Assembly: GCA_963733095.1 (NCBI GenBank)
Contig: CAVTBV010000013.1
Location: 1 to 64,000 of the forward strand
DNA: 64,000 bases
Direction: 5' to 3'
DNA from: Candidatus Bathyarchaeota archaeon
Lineage (GTDB): Archaea > Thermoproteota > Bathyarchaeia > Bathyarchaeales > Bathycorpusculaceae
In this document: piece after piece, positions 29,283 to 39,424 of the stretch
Layout of the letters: every line of letters begins with the position of its first letter
How positions within the stretch are numbered: the stretch's first letter is position 1
Position numbers and translations under genes: made by a program
Notes under the pieces: model-generated
Told to the model about the DNA's origin: nothing
The model's database searches: none
What the model saw: only the letters and a program-made list of their open reading frames with translations

Positions 29283-30575
29283 TTAGGTTTTTTCTCTTTT
29301 GGCTGGTTTTCGCCTCAAGAAAACTAAGACAACAAAACCTACGATGGCTAATACAACTATGAGGATTGATATAAGCATCCAAATATCCACATTGTTGGTC
29401 GGGGTCGATGCTTGCGATGTGCCCAAGGCGTAAACAATGTGGTCCCAGGATCCAATATAGACAATGCCTTTGTAAACTGCTGGGGAAGAACTTACATGGC
29501 CCTGAGTAGCATACGTCCACACGCTTGCCCCAGTTGATGCATCTATGCAGTAAACATTGCCATCCCAACCTCCCACGTAAATGTAGTTGCCAGCGACAGC
29601 AGGAGATGAATACACCGCGTCTTGGGTAGCAAAATTCCAGATTTTCGTGCCGTTTGATGCATCTAGGCAGTAAATGTTTTTGTCTGTTTCCCCGGTTCCC
29701 ACGTAAACATATCCGTTTGCAACTGCAGGGACTGAGTCGACCCAGCCTTCCGTGGCGTAACTCCATATTTTGGAGCCGTTTAAGGCGCTAAGGCAATAGA
29801 TATTGTAGTCTTCGGACCCGATGTACACGTATTCACCGACGACCGCAGGAGAAGACTGCACCAGGTTTCCAGTTGTATACTTCCAAATTTCTGCTCCCGA
29901 CAAAGCGTCCAGACAATAAACGTTAAAGTTACTTGAACCCACGTAGACGCGACCGTTAGCAACTGCAGGGGAAGAATCAACCAAACCGCCAAGCGTGTAG
30001 TTCCATAGTTTTTGGCCTGTTAATGCATCGAGGCAGTAGAGGTTTCCATCCCAAGAACCCACGTAGACATAACCGGTGGAGACTGCCGGAGAAGACCCAA
30101 CGGTGCTTTCTGTGCTAAAATTCCACACTTTCTCGCCTGTGGCAGCGTTTAAACAATACACATTGGTATCGTAACTTCCAAAGTAGATGTAGCCCTCAGT
30201 AACCGCAACAGAAGAAGATATTGCTTGATGACTTTGGGGCGTGTAGCTCCATATCTGTGACCCGTCTAACGCGTTAAGGCAGTACACGGTTCCGTCGTCA
30301 GAGGGTATGTAGACATCGTCATCAACGATTACTGGAGATGCTCCTATTGGACCGTTGGTAGTGTAATTCCACAATGATACGTCAGAAGTTGCCGGCGCCG
30401 AGACTGATGATCCTGTGTGCATTAAATCGTGGTGGAACATTGTCCAATCTTCTGATGATTCTGCAGCAGATACGTTTGATTGGACAATGCAGAAAAGCAT
30501 GACTGCAGTTAGGAGACTAATGAGAACGAAGCTTGTTATTTTATTCTTATTGTTTAGTGCCTGCATATTTCTCAC
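29283..30575 (-). CDS. PQQ-like/BamB-type beta-propeller surface protein
   Basis: Eight SSPAV..G.VYVGS.D.N.YCLDA..G...W repeats; signal peptide and C-terminal TM. Confidence 0.9.
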   Translation of the reverse strand: MRNMQALNNKNKITSFVLISLLTAVMLFCIVQSNVSAAESSEDWTMFHHDLMHTGSSVSAPATSDVSLWNYTTNGPIGASPVIVDDDVYIPSDDGTVYCLNALDGSQIWSYTPQSHQAISSSVAVTEGYIYFGSYDTNVYCLNAATGEKVWNFSTESTVGSSPAVSTGYVYVGSWDGNLYCLDALTGQKLWNYTLGGLVDSSPAVANGRVYVGSSNFNVYCLDALSGAEIWKYTTGNLVQSSPAVVGEYVYIGSEDYNIYCLSALNGSKIWSYATEGWVDSVPAVANGYVYVGTGETDKNIYCLDASNGTKIWNFATQDAVYSSPAVAGNYIYVGGWDGNVYCIDASTGASVWTYATQGHVSSSPAVYKGIVYIGSWDHIVYALGTSQASTPTNNVDIWMLISILIVVLAIVGFVVLVFLRRKPAKREKT

Positions 30576-30646
30576 CTGAATTCAAGAAGCCGAAGTTACT
30601 ATTTTGCGACTTATTATTTATAATTATGCAACCTACCGTTATCTCA

Positions 30647-31054
30647 CTATAACCCACCAGGCGACAGCTGAACAATCAATTGCTTCACTTTGCTCTCGAT
30701 TTCATCCCTAATTTGCCTAACCTTTTCGATAGGTTTGCCTTTGGGGTCTTCAAGGTTCCATTCGATTGTAGGTTTAAAGAATGGTCCGGGGCAAACTCCT
30801 TGGTCGTTGCAGCCCATCGTAACAATCAAGTCTGAGTCCATAGCCATCTTTGCAGTTATTAATTTTGGCTTGCTGGTTGAGAGGTCAAGGTCTATTTCCT
30901 TCATAACTTTGACCACCAACGGATTGATCATGCTGGCAGGCTTGTTACCTGCGCTTGAAGCCGAAAACTTATCTGCTCCATGTTTCTTAGCAAACGCTTC
31001 TGCCATCTGACTCCTGCCAGCGTTCTCTACGCAGACAAACAAAACCTTCTTCAT
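30647..31054 (-). CDS. arsC: Arsenate reductase (LMW-PTP fold)
   Basis: FVCVENAGRSQMAEA, TMGC..CP and W.LEDP motifs; next to arsR/acr3. Confidence 0.88.
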   Translation of the reverse strand: MKKVLFVCVENAGRSQMAEAFAKKHGADKFSASSAGNKPASMINPLVVKVMKEIDLDLSTSKPKLITAKMAMDSDLIVTMGCNDQGVCPGPFFKPTIEWNLEDPKGKPIEKVRQIRDEIESKVKQLIVQLSPGGL

Positions 31055-31067
31055 AAGCAGCCCTTGT

Positions 31068-31355
31068 CTACGACAACGCGGCTTCTTGGAGTTTTTCGAT
31101 GGTTTTTTGAGTTTCCTCTTCGGATGGATGAGCGATTGCTTCAGCTGGACAGATGTCTTCACAGCCCCTGCAGAAAACAACACATCTGTTGGGGTTTACA
31201 ATGGTTCTCTTTTTGCCGTCTACCTCTTCAAACTTGAAGGTGCTCATGTGGCAGAAGTCAACGCATTTTCCACAGGCAATACATTTTTCGTAGTCAATTT
31301 TTGGGTCCCAAGGTATTTTTTCTCTGGGGATTCCTTCGTATGTTTCTTCAGACAT
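31068..31355 (-). CDS. 2x[4Fe-4S] ferredoxin family protein
   Basis: CIACGKCVDFC and CVVFCRGCEDICP; paralogue of 18008-18313. Confidence 0.9.
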   Translation of the reverse strand: MSEETYEGIPREKIPWDPKIDYEKCIACGKCVDFCHMSTFKFEEVDGKKRTIVNPNRCVVFCRGCEDICPAEAIAHPSEEETQKTIEKLQEAALS

Positions 31356-31370
31356 TCGAATAACCTTTTG

Positions 31371-31703
31371 TTATGTTGTCCAAAACGAGTAGACTTCCAA
31401 GTTTTCAAACTGATCCTTTAGGTATGCTTTGACTTCAGCTTCGTCTAGGTTTGGGATGCCGTTTTTGTCTTTGTGGAGGGGAATTTTTGTTTCTCTGAGA
31501 GTGTCGCCTTTTGGGAAGTCGTAAAAGATGTAGTAGCGTTTGTCGTGGAGCATGATTATTTTGAGGGTGGAGAGTTCTTTGTTTTTTGAGAAGCCGTTTT
31601 GTTCCAGTATGAATACGATTGACGCGGGTTTCTTTTCTGTGATTGTGTGTTTGAATTCTTGCCAGCTTCGTATGTGTATGTTGCCTTCGGTCAATGTGGT
31701 CAC
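31371..31703 (-). CDS. Hypothetical protein in ars cluster
   Basis: 110-aa ORF co-oriented with fdx-arsC. Confidence 0.7.
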   Translation of the reverse strand: MTTLTEGNIHIRSWQEFKHTITEKKPASIVFILEQNGFSKNKELSTLKIIMLHDKRYYIFYDFPKGDTLRETKIPLHKDKNGIPNLDEAEVKAYLKDQFENLEVYSFWTT

Positions 31704-31780
31704 TTGGTGTGTTTTGGCTATATTTAATTAAACTTATTGATATAAATATTTAAATATTGTTACATACTTTCTTTGAAATT

Positions 31781-32119
31781 ATGTCGTCGCCAACAGCATC
31801 CCAGCAAAGATTCAAAGCGCAGGTTTTCCATGCGCTCTCAGACCCAGACAGACTTGAAATTTTAGAGTTCCTTCGAGAAGGAGAAAAATGTGTCTGCGAA
31901 ATAGTCCCGCACCTTAGCCTTATCCAGCCAGTTGTTTCACGCCACCTAAAAATCCTCAAGTATGTAGGCTTAATCAGATGCCGAAAAGACGGAACCAAAA
32001 GAATGTACTCAATTATTGACCCACGAATCTACAAAGCTGTTGATGCACTAACCCCCGAAATAATTACCGTTCTGCAGAAAGAAGTAATGGAACAGATAAG
32101 CTGCAGTCCGACAAATTAG
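31781..32119 (+). CDS. arsR: ArsR/SmtB-family regulator
   Basis: FHALSDPDRL...EKCVCEI...VSRHLKIL. Confidence 0.92.
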   Translation: MSSPTASQQRFKAQVFHALSDPDRLEILEFLREGEKCVCEIVPHLSLIQPVVSRHLKILKYVGLIRCRKDGTKRMYSIIDPRIYKAVDALTPEIITVLQKEVMEQISCSPTN

Positions 32120-32142
32120 AATATTTTGAATTGGTCTGCTAA

Positions 32143-33195
32143 ATGACTTGTGAGACTGAAGAAAAATCGTTAGGCTGGATAAGCAAGCTCCTTGCTCTTT
32201 GGATTGCAATAGCCCTGGTTATTGGGCTTGCACTCAGTAAGTTCTTTCCAGTATTTAGTAGTACCCTCCAAATAGGCATCCCCATCGGTTTATTCTTCAT
32301 GATTTACCCCGCAATGACCAAAATCGAAATTAGCGAACTTAAAAAAGCCGTAAAAAGCCCCAAACAAACCAGCATTATCGTCTTCTTCAACTACGCCATA
32401 AACCCTTTCCTCCTATTTGCTTTAGGGTATATTTTCTTTGAAGTAGTTTTCCCATCTCTTGGACTCGTCGACCTTGTAACTGCGCGTTATCTATGGACAG
32501 GACTAATTCTTCTAGGTGTTGCCCCCTGTATCGCGATGGTGTTGGTTTGGACTGACCTGTGCAAAGGAAACGGTCCGCTTGGCATAGTGCTTATGGCATG
32601 GAACAGCATAATCCAAATAATCACTACACCCCTGTTCATCGCCCTTCTAATCGGCACCTACATTTCAATCGACATTGCGTCTATCGGCGAGAGCATACTC
32701 CTCTATCTAGGATTACCTCTACTTTTTGGAGCAATCACCCGACGAGAAGTCATCAAACACAAATCCCAGCAATGGTTCCAAAAAAAGCTGATTCCATATT
32801 TTGATTCGCTTCAGCTTTTGGCATTGCTCTTCACGATGGTTGTCATGTTTGCGTTACGCGGCGGCGTTATCCTCGATAATCCCTCGCTTGTGTGGCTGAT
32901 GGCCATTCCAGTGGTTCTTTTCTTCTTTATGCTCTTCAATTTGGTCTATTTTACCACTCGGCGCCTTGGATACAACTATGAAGACTCAGCGACAATGGCA
33001 TTTCACAGTACAGGAAGAAACTTTGAATTGGCTATTGCGATAGCTTTAACCGCGTTTGCTTCGATGCCTATGGTGGCGGTTTCGACAGTGGTTGGTCCAC
33101 TAATCGAAATTCCAGTCATGCTGACGCTTGTGCATTTTGCATTAAGACGAAGAAATCGAATTAGGAGTCAAACGAAACAAGCTACAAACTCCTGA
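32143..33195 (+). CDS. acr3: ACR3 arsenite efflux transporter
   Basis: APCIAMVLVW, GRNFELAIA and GPLIEIPV motifs. Confidence 0.95.
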   Translation: MTCETEEKSLGWISKLLALWIAIALVIGLALSKFFPVFSSTLQIGIPIGLFFMIYPAMTKIEISELKKAVKSPKQTSIIVFFNYAINPFLLFALGYIFFEVVFPSLGLVDLVTARYLWTGLILLGVAPCIAMVLVWTDLCKGNGPLGIVLMAWNSIIQIITTPLFIALLIGTYISIDIASIGESILLYLGLPLLFGAITRREVIKHKSQQWFQKKLIPYFDSLQLLALLFTMVVMFALRGGVILDNPSLVWLMAIPVVLFFFMLFNLVYFTTRRLGYNYEDSATMAFHSTGRNFELAIAIALTAFASMPMVAVSTVVGPLIEIPVMLTLVHFALRRRNRIRSQTKQATNS

Positions 33196-33346
33196 TTATT
33201 CATCAAATTTACTAATTTACTTAGAGTTCAAAATTTTTAAGCTATCGAGTTTTACACTAACCATAATTGCTAATGGGGCTTTCAGTTTGCAGTATTTTAA
33301 CTTGTTTCAAATGGTACACATCAGCAATATTTTACTCCATATTTGT

Positions 33347-33360
33347 CACAAAATTTATAA
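33347..33360 (+). promoter_or_regulatory. BRE/TATA box upstream of candidate ncRNA
   Basis: cacaaaaTTTATAA ends 24 nt before the 5' strand of the closing helix. Confidence 0.5.
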
Positions 33361-33383
33361 CAGATCAGATGCTATTGATTTGT

Positions 33384-33612
33384 GTAGGTCAGGGAGCAAG
33401 CTTTAGATGCAATGCATCGAGGCATAGATGCGTACTGATTGAAACAGCGAAAAATTGGTGCGCGACCAAGACTTTGCCTCTTTGGGCTGAACATGCATTG
33501 TGTTGAAGCAGCTAAGCGGTGAGCGGCAGGTTCAAAACGGTGCAAGGATCTGCAGCGGTTAAGACATTGTTTAGGTGGGCCGTGTCAACAATAAGGCTCA
33601 GACTTGACCTAC
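33384..33612 (+). ncRNA. Candidate ~230-nt structured RNA (unassigned)
   Basis: GTAGGTCA/TGACCTAC closing helix, at least 4 internal helices, TATA at canonical distance. Confidence 0.55.
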
Positions 33613-33776
33613 TATAATTTAGGTGGAAGAAAAACTTGTACGGGAAACCGTAAAATTCCACTTTTTTATAATTTTTCCAACCAGCAGCTAAGTTAGGCAG
33701 GTTACTTCTAAATTGTTGATGTATGGGTAAAGGTTTAAGTGCAACATGCAAGTTTATTCTGCCAAAGGTGTAAAAT

Positions 33777-33938
33777 ATGCCAACTCACGGTTCACTCTCA
33801 AAAGCTGGAAAAGTCCGCACTCAAACGCCAAAAATCCAAGCTCGAGAAAGAATTTCTCCGAGCCCAAAAACCAGAACCCGACGCACTTACGAGAAGCGCG
33901 TGATTCTGCAGCGGAAAGCTGGCCAAAACTGGGTCTAA
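33777..33938 (+). CDS. rps30e: 30S ribosomal protein S30e (absent from ORF track)
   Basis: [20 protein letters not shown]...RRTYEKR. Confidence 0.95.
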   Translation: MPTHGSLSKAGKVRTQTPKIQARERISPSPKTRTRRTYEKRVILQRKAGQNWV

Positions 33939-34024
33939 ACGAACTTTTTTTCAAGCTTAATTTTCCATTTTAACTTATAGCTTAGTTTATTTATTTGTAA
34001 TCTTAACCTAATTCGGTACTTTCC

Positions 34025-35617
34025 TTGAACAATCAAGTTGCCCTCAGAGAAATAATCACAACCCTACTTTCTATGCCTTCACCCACGCACGAGGATGTTA
34101 ACCGATTAAAAATCAAGGTGGCAGCAAAGTACCATTTAGAAGCTGTACCGGCAAACGCCGATCTAATAAGTGTTTTAACGGCTGCTGAAACAAAAAAGCT
34201 CCTGCCCATCATCAGACGCAAGAATACTCGCGCAATCAGCGGGGTAACAGTAATCGCCGTCATGACTAAACCGTACCCTTGCCCACAGCCCGAACCCTGC
34301 GCTTACTGTCCTGGCGGACCAACCCAAGGCAGCCCCCAAAGCTACACGGGATATGAACCAGCTGCGTTACGGGGAACCCAAAACAGTTTTGACCCCTATG
34401 AGCAGGTCAAAAGCCGCATCCGGCAACTCACCGCCATTGGGCACAAAGTGGACAAAGTCGAGTTGATCGTTATGGGTGGAACCTTCCCAGCTACACCCAT
34501 TGAGTACCAAACATGGTTTATCCAACGCTGCCTAGACGCCCTAACAGGCAAAACCTCCGCGAATCTAGAAGAGGCTATGGCGAATGCGGAAGTAAGCAAA
34601 ACTCGCAACGTCGGCATAACCGTCGAAACCCGCCCCGACTGGGCCAAACAACCCCACATCGACGTAATGCTCGACATGGGCGTGACACGAGTTGAGCTTG
34701 GGGTGCAGAATCCAGATAACGAAATTTACCGTTTAGTCGGCAGAACACACACCGTCGCGGATGTAGTTGAAGCCACTCGCATTGCCAAAGATTCGGGATT
34801 AAAAATTGTCTATCATTTGATGCCTGGTATGCCAGGTTCTAACCCTGAAAAAGACATTACTGCATTCAAACGAGTCTTCTCAGATTCAGCCTTCAAACCT
34901 GACATGATAAAAATCTATCCTTGCCTAGCCATCGCTGGAACCAAAGCCTACGAATGGTACCAGAAAGGCACATTTGAACCTTACACCACTGAACAAGCCG
35001 CGAACGTCATCGCAGAAATCAAAAAAACCATCCCACAATGGGTAAGGGTGATGCGTGTGCAACGGGACATCCCCGCAAGACTCATTTTGGCAGGAGTAAA
35101 AAAGAGCGATGTACGAGAGCTTGTCCAATCCAAACTCAAGGCGCAAGGTAGCCAATGCCGATGTATCCGCTGCCGCGAAGTAGGACACCGATTGGCAGTT
35201 GACCACATAAAACCAGATCTGGAAAAAATCAAAATTCTAACGCAGAAATATGAAGCTTCGGAAGGACAGGAATTTTTCATATCCGCCGAAGACCCAGAAA
35301 ACAACATATTGTTGGGGTACTTGCGTATGCGTTTTCCATCAGCAAAAGCTCATAGACCAGAAATCACCGCTGTGCCGTCCGCTATTGTGCGTGAACTCCA
35401 TGTTTACGGCCAACTTGTCCCCGTTGGAAAACATTCCGAGGGCGCTTGGCAACATAAGGGCTATGGACAAATCCTTTTAAAAGAAGCTGAAAGATTGGCT
35501 GGCGAGGCGCTCGGTTTGAAAAAGCTTTTAGTTATCAGTGCGTTAGGAACAAGAAGGTATTACATGCGTTTTGGGTACGAGCGTGATGGAGTTTACGTTT
35601 CAAAGAGGTTGAATTAA
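34025..35617 (+). CDS. elp3: tRNA uridine(34) acetyltransferase Elp3 (radical SAM + KAT)
   Basis: CPQPEPCAYCPGG, ETRPD, CRCIRCRE, RELHVYG and QHKGYG motifs. Confidence 0.96.
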   Translation: MNNQVALREIITTLLSMPSPTHEDVNRLKIKVAAKYHLEAVPANADLISVLTAAETKKLLPIIRRKNTRAISGVTVIAVMTKPYPCPQPEPCAYCPGGPTQGSPQSYTGYEPAALRGTQNSFDPYEQVKSRIRQLTAIGHKVDKVELIVMGGTFPATPIEYQTWFIQRCLDALTGKTSANLEEAMANAEVSKTRNVGITVETRPDWAKQPHIDVMLDMGVTRVELGVQNPDNEIYRLVGRTHTVADVVEATRIAKDSGLKIVYHLMPGMPGSNPEKDITAFKRVFSDSAFKPDMIKIYPCLAIAGTKAYEWYQKGTFEPYTTEQAANVIAEIKKTIPQWVRVMRVQRDIPARLILAGVKKSDVRELVQSKLKAQGSQCRCIRCREVGHRLAVDHIKPDLEKIKILTQKYEASEGQEFFISAEDPENNILLGYLRMRFPSAKAHRPEITAVPSAIVRELHVYGQLVPVGKHSEGAWQHKGYGQILLKEAERLAGEALGLKKLLVISALGTRRYYMRFGYERDGVYVSKRLN

Positions 35618-35618
35618 G

Positions 35619-36965
35619 ATGAGTCAAATTGAAGATTCTGGTTACCAGGGCGAAGCGTTGCGCCTGCTAAAACAAGCCGACTGCAACGTCGGCGACATCC
35701 TTAAAGTCACAAGCAAAGGCAAAACCTACGAGGGCATACTGATTCCTCGCTCAGGCGAAGGCACAGCCATCATAGTTAAAATGAAGAGCGGCTACAACAT
35801 CGGCATCCAAGCCGCCGCAGAGGTTAAAATTGAAAAAATCGGCAAAGGAACCAAACCAACATTCGCTTCCCCGCCTATCCCCAAACAGAACCCAGCCCTG
35901 CCACACGTCGTTATATTGAGTACTGGCGGAACAATCGCCAGCCGAGTAGACTACCGCACAGGCGCCGTGCGTTCAGCCATGTCCGCCAGCGACCTCTACG
36001 GAGTTGTCCCAGAACTCGCAGATGTTGCCCGAGTAGACACAGAAATTGTTTACAGCATTTACAGCGAAAACCTCACCCAAAAAAACTGGAGCGAACTCGC
36101 CCAAACCGTAGCCAAACACATCGAGCAAGGCGCAGACGGAGTAGTCATTGCTCACGGAACGGACACGATGGCTTACACTTCCGCCGCATTGAGCTTCGCA
36201 CTCCAGAACTTGCCTGTTCCAGTCATTCTTGTTGGGGCTCAACGATCTTCTGACCGACCAAGCAGCGACGCAGCAACCAACTTAATCGGCGCAGTAAAAG
36301 CCGCTGGAGAAGCACCCTTCGCAGAAGTTGGATTAGCGATGCATGAAACCATCTCCGACGCCGCGATTGTAGTTCATAGAGGTACCAAAGTGCGAAAATG
36401 CCACACCAGCCGTCGAGACACATTCAAATCCATCAACGGATTTCCCATCGCCAAAGTCCAAAACCTCCAAGTAACCATGAAAACAGACCAATACCAGCGC
36501 CGCAACCCAAAGAAAAAGCTGGTCCTCAAACCAGACTTCAGCGAAAAAGTCGCATTAGTCAAATTCTACCCTGGATTTGACCCCTCAATCATCGACTACT
36601 ATGTCCAAAAAGGAATCAAAGGAATTCTGCTTGAAGGTTCAGGTTTAGGTCATGTGAGCAAATTCTGTTTTGAAGCAATCAAGAACGCTGTGTCTAAGGA
36701 TGTGGTGGTTGCGTTGGCTTCCCAGTGCATATGGGGTAGAGTAAACATGAACGTCTATGACACTGGACGGGATCTGTTGTCCTTTGGCGTCGTCCCGCTT
36801 GATGATATGTTCCCTGAAACAGGGCTTGTCAAGCTCATGTGGGTTCTTGGGCAAACCGACATTCCCCAAGAAGCAATCAAGCTTCTAAAAACCAACTTTG
36901 CAGGCGAGTTCTCGGCTCGAACCTTCCTACAAGAAGAAAAACTTCAGTACCAAGGAGACCAATAA
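35619..36965 (+). CDS. gatD: Glu-tRNA(Gln) amidotransferase subunit D
   Basis: STGGTIASRVDY, HGTDT and QRSSDRPSSD motifs. Confidence 0.97.
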   Translation: MSQIEDSGYQGEALRLLKQADCNVGDILKVTSKGKTYEGILIPRSGEGTAIIVKMKSGYNIGIQAAAEVKIEKIGKGTKPTFASPPIPKQNPALPHVVILSTGGTIASRVDYRTGAVRSAMSASDLYGVVPELADVARVDTEIVYSIYSENLTQKNWSELAQTVAKHIEQGADGVVIAHGTDTMAYTSAALSFALQNLPVPVILVGAQRSSDRPSSDAATNLIGAVKAAGEAPFAEVGLAMHETISDAAIVVHRGTKVRKCHTSRRDTFKSINGFPIAKVQNLQVTMKTDQYQRRNPKKKLVLKPDFSEKVALVKFYPGFDPSIIDYYVQKGIKGILLEGSGLGHVSKFCFEAIKNAVSKDVVVALASQCIWGRVNMNVYDTGRDLLSFGVVPLDDMFPETGLVKLMWVLGQTDIPQEAIKLLKTNFAGEFSARTFLQEEKLQYQGDQ

Positions 36966-36966
36966 A

Positions 36967-38865
36967 ATGACCATCGACTACGCAAAAGTCGGCTTAAAAG
37001 TAGGCTTAGAAATCCACCAGCAACTAAACGTAAATAGCAAACTCTTCTGCATTTGCCCACCCGAACTCTTCAAAGAAGACCCTGAAATCACTTTCCTACG
37101 CAGACTCCGACCAACCCAAAGCGAATTAGGACAAATTGACCCAGCTGCGTACTTTGAGTTTCAGAAGGGCGTAAAAATTCTCTATGAAGCCAGCCGAAAA
37201 AGTAGCTGTCTTGTCGAGATGGATGAGGAGCCGCCTCACCCGATCAACTTGGATGCGGTTGAAGTGGTTTTAACTGCTTCGCTTATGATGAATATGCAGC
37301 CTGTCGATGAAGTGCATGTTATGCGTAAGACTGTTATTGACGGCTCAAACACCACTGGGTTTCAGCGCACCTGCATCATTGCGTTGGACGGCTGGATAAA
37401 GGTCGGTGAAAAAATCATCCCCATGCAAGCGGCAAGCCTAGAAGAAGATGCAGCACGCAAGACTGGAACTCAGGATGAGGGCAAAACCATCCGTTACCGC
37501 ATCGACCGTTTAGGAATCCCCCTTATCGAAGTCGCTACTGCACCAGTGATTTATTCACCCATGGAAGCCCAAGAAGTCGCGTTTGCCATTGGTAGAATCC
37601 TCAGGGATACAGGCAAAGTCATGCGAGGGTTAGGAACCATTCGTCAAGACCTCAACGTTTCTTTGCCAAACGGCGCTTTGATTGAGATTAAAGGTGTTCA
37701 GGAGCTTGAGTTGATTTCCACGGTTGTAGAGTATGAGGTTCAACGTCAACTCGGATTAATCGAGATAAAAGAGGAACTTGCCAAACGCGGCATCAAACCT
37801 GAATCGCTTAAACCCGAATTCGTAGATGTTACCACTATTTTCAAAGATAACAAAAGCAAAGTTATCCGAAAAGCAATCGACAAAAACCATAAGGTCTTAG
37901 CTGTGAAACTTTCAGGGTTCGCCGGTTTGACGGGCAGAGAATTGATGCCTAGTTTCCGCTTAGGTTCCGAACTGTCTGATCGTGCCAAATTCTGGGGCAG
38001 AGTCGGAGGAGTATTTCACACCGACGAAAACCTCTCCAACTACGGCGTAACACCCGCAGATGTGGAAGCGTTGCAAAAAGCCGTCGGCGCAACCCAAGCC
38101 GATGCAGTGGTGTTCGTTGCTGACACAGCCGAAAACACCCAAGACGCACTCAAAGCAGTTGTGGAGCGTGCGCAGGAAGCCTGCACAGGTATCCCAGCCG
38201 AAACACGCACCGCCAAAGACGACGGGACCACACGGTACATGCGTCCCCGTCCAGGCGCAGCAAGAATGTACCCCGAAACCGATATCCCAGCCCAACCCAT
38301 AACAGAAAAGCTCGTAGCGAAGGTTTGTGCGCATCTGCCTGAACCAGCCGACAAAAAGCTTGCACGCCTCATAAAGCAGTACGGGTTAAATGAAAAATTA
38401 GCCAAGCAACTCATCGATTCCGAATACAACCTCCTCTTTGAGGAAACTGCCAAAACCAGTTGTGTCTCAGCTTCAACGGTTGCCGCATTTCTAACCGAAA
38501 CTGTCAAGGCGCTCAAACGTGAAGGTGTCCAAACATCAAACGTCACAGACGACCAAATCCGCGCCATCTTCAACGCTGTCGGCTCAGGAGACATAGCAAA
38601 AGAAGCAATCGCAAGTGTTTTCAGCTGGTTATCCAAGAACGAAGACAAAACAGTGTCGGACGCAGTGGATGCTTTAGGCTTAAAAATGTTCACCGAATCA
38701 GACTTAGCACCAATAATCGACCGAATAGTCACTTCCAACAAGCAACAAATCGAAAAACTCGGAAAGAATGCTCAGGGCATGCTTATGGGTGCGGTGATGA
38801 AAGAAGTCCGTGGAAAGGCTAATCCTGAACTTGTAGGCAAACTTTTGCATGAGCGTCTAAAATAG
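36967..38865 (+). CDS. gatE: Glu-tRNA(Gln) amidotransferase subunit E
   Basis: GLEIHQQL, DGSNTTGFQRT and RPRPGAARMYPETD motifs. Confidence 0.97.
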   Translation: MTIDYAKVGLKVGLEIHQQLNVNSKLFCICPPELFKEDPEITFLRRLRPTQSELGQIDPAAYFEFQKGVKILYEASRKSSCLVEMDEEPPHPINLDAVEVVLTASLMMNMQPVDEVHVMRKTVIDGSNTTGFQRTCIIALDGWIKVGEKIIPMQAASLEEDAARKTGTQDEGKTIRYRIDRLGIPLIEVATAPVIYSPMEAQEVAFAIGRILRDTGKVMRGLGTIRQDLNVSLPNGALIEIKGVQELELISTVVEYEVQRQLGLIEIKEELAKRGIKPESLKPEFVDVTTIFKDNKSKVIRKAIDKNHKVLAVKLSGFAGLTGRELMPSFRLGSELSDRAKFWGRVGGVFHTDENLSNYGVTPADVEALQKAVGATQADAVVFVADTAENTQDALKAVVERAQEACTGIPAETRTAKDDGTTRYMRPRPGAARMYPETDIPAQPITEKLVAKVCAHLPEPADKKLARLIKQYGLNEKLAKQLIDSEYNLLFEETAKTSCVSASTVAAFLTETVKALKREGVQTSNVTDDQIRAIFNAVGSGDIAKEAIASVFSWLSKNEDKTVSDAVDALGLKMFTESDLAPIIDRIVTSNKQQIEKLGKNAQGMLMGAVMKEVRGKANPELVGKLLHERLK

Positions 38866-38944
38866 TCTTTTTCATGTCAAAAGAACCTATTAGCCACAAA
38901 TCCTAAATGACATCTACGAGTATAGAATGTAGACGAGGCTTAGC

Positions 38945-39424
38945 TTGATGAAACGCATTGAAGCACGGATTAAAACTCAGTTCGGCGAAGTCGTAATCGA
39001 AGGCGAAAGCCCACAAGACATAATGAACATGCTTGAAACGATACCTGAGGATTTTGTTGAGAAACTCTCCGATTTTGTCTCTAACCGCTTAACTCCTTCA
39101 GGAGCACAACTAAAGGGCATCATCGAACTCACTACCGAAGGACCAGTTATAGTTACCCGCGAAAACCTCACTCATTACGAAGCCGTTGGGCTGGTGCTGT
39201 ATGCTTCGGAAGAAAGAAAAAACACAGCTGCCCAAATCCAAAAGCTCTTAGAATCCAGCGGCATAAAAAGCATGGTGCCAGCACGATTAAACGAGATGAC
39301 TAAACGCGGCCAAGTCTTCAAACCTGACCCGAGCAAACCCGAGTTCAAACTGACTATTCAGGGCGAAAAATGGGTAGAAGAAGACGTTCTCTCCAGACTC
39401 CGAGGCAAGATGAGTGAGCGCTAA
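38945..39424 (+). CDS. Hypothetical protein with C-terminal winged-helix-like domain
   Basis: LTHYEAVGLVLYA...ARLNEMTKRG...FKLTIQG. Confidence 0.7.
   Translation: MMKRIEARIKTQFGEVVIEGESPQDIMNMLETIPEDFVEKLSDFVSNRLTPSGAQLKGIIELTTEGPVIVTRENLTHYEAVGLVLYASEERKNTAAQIQKLLESSGIKSMVPARLNEMTKRGQVFKPDPSKPEFKLTIQGEKWVEEDVLSRLRGKMSER

Noticed and set aside
33384-33612. Assignment as SRP RNA, RNase P RNA or cobalamin riboswitch
   Set aside because: Only fragmentary resemblance (CAGG/GAGCA, CGGTGCAA); the SRP helix-8 tetraloop, GAGGAAAGUCC and GGGAA/B12-box cores are absent
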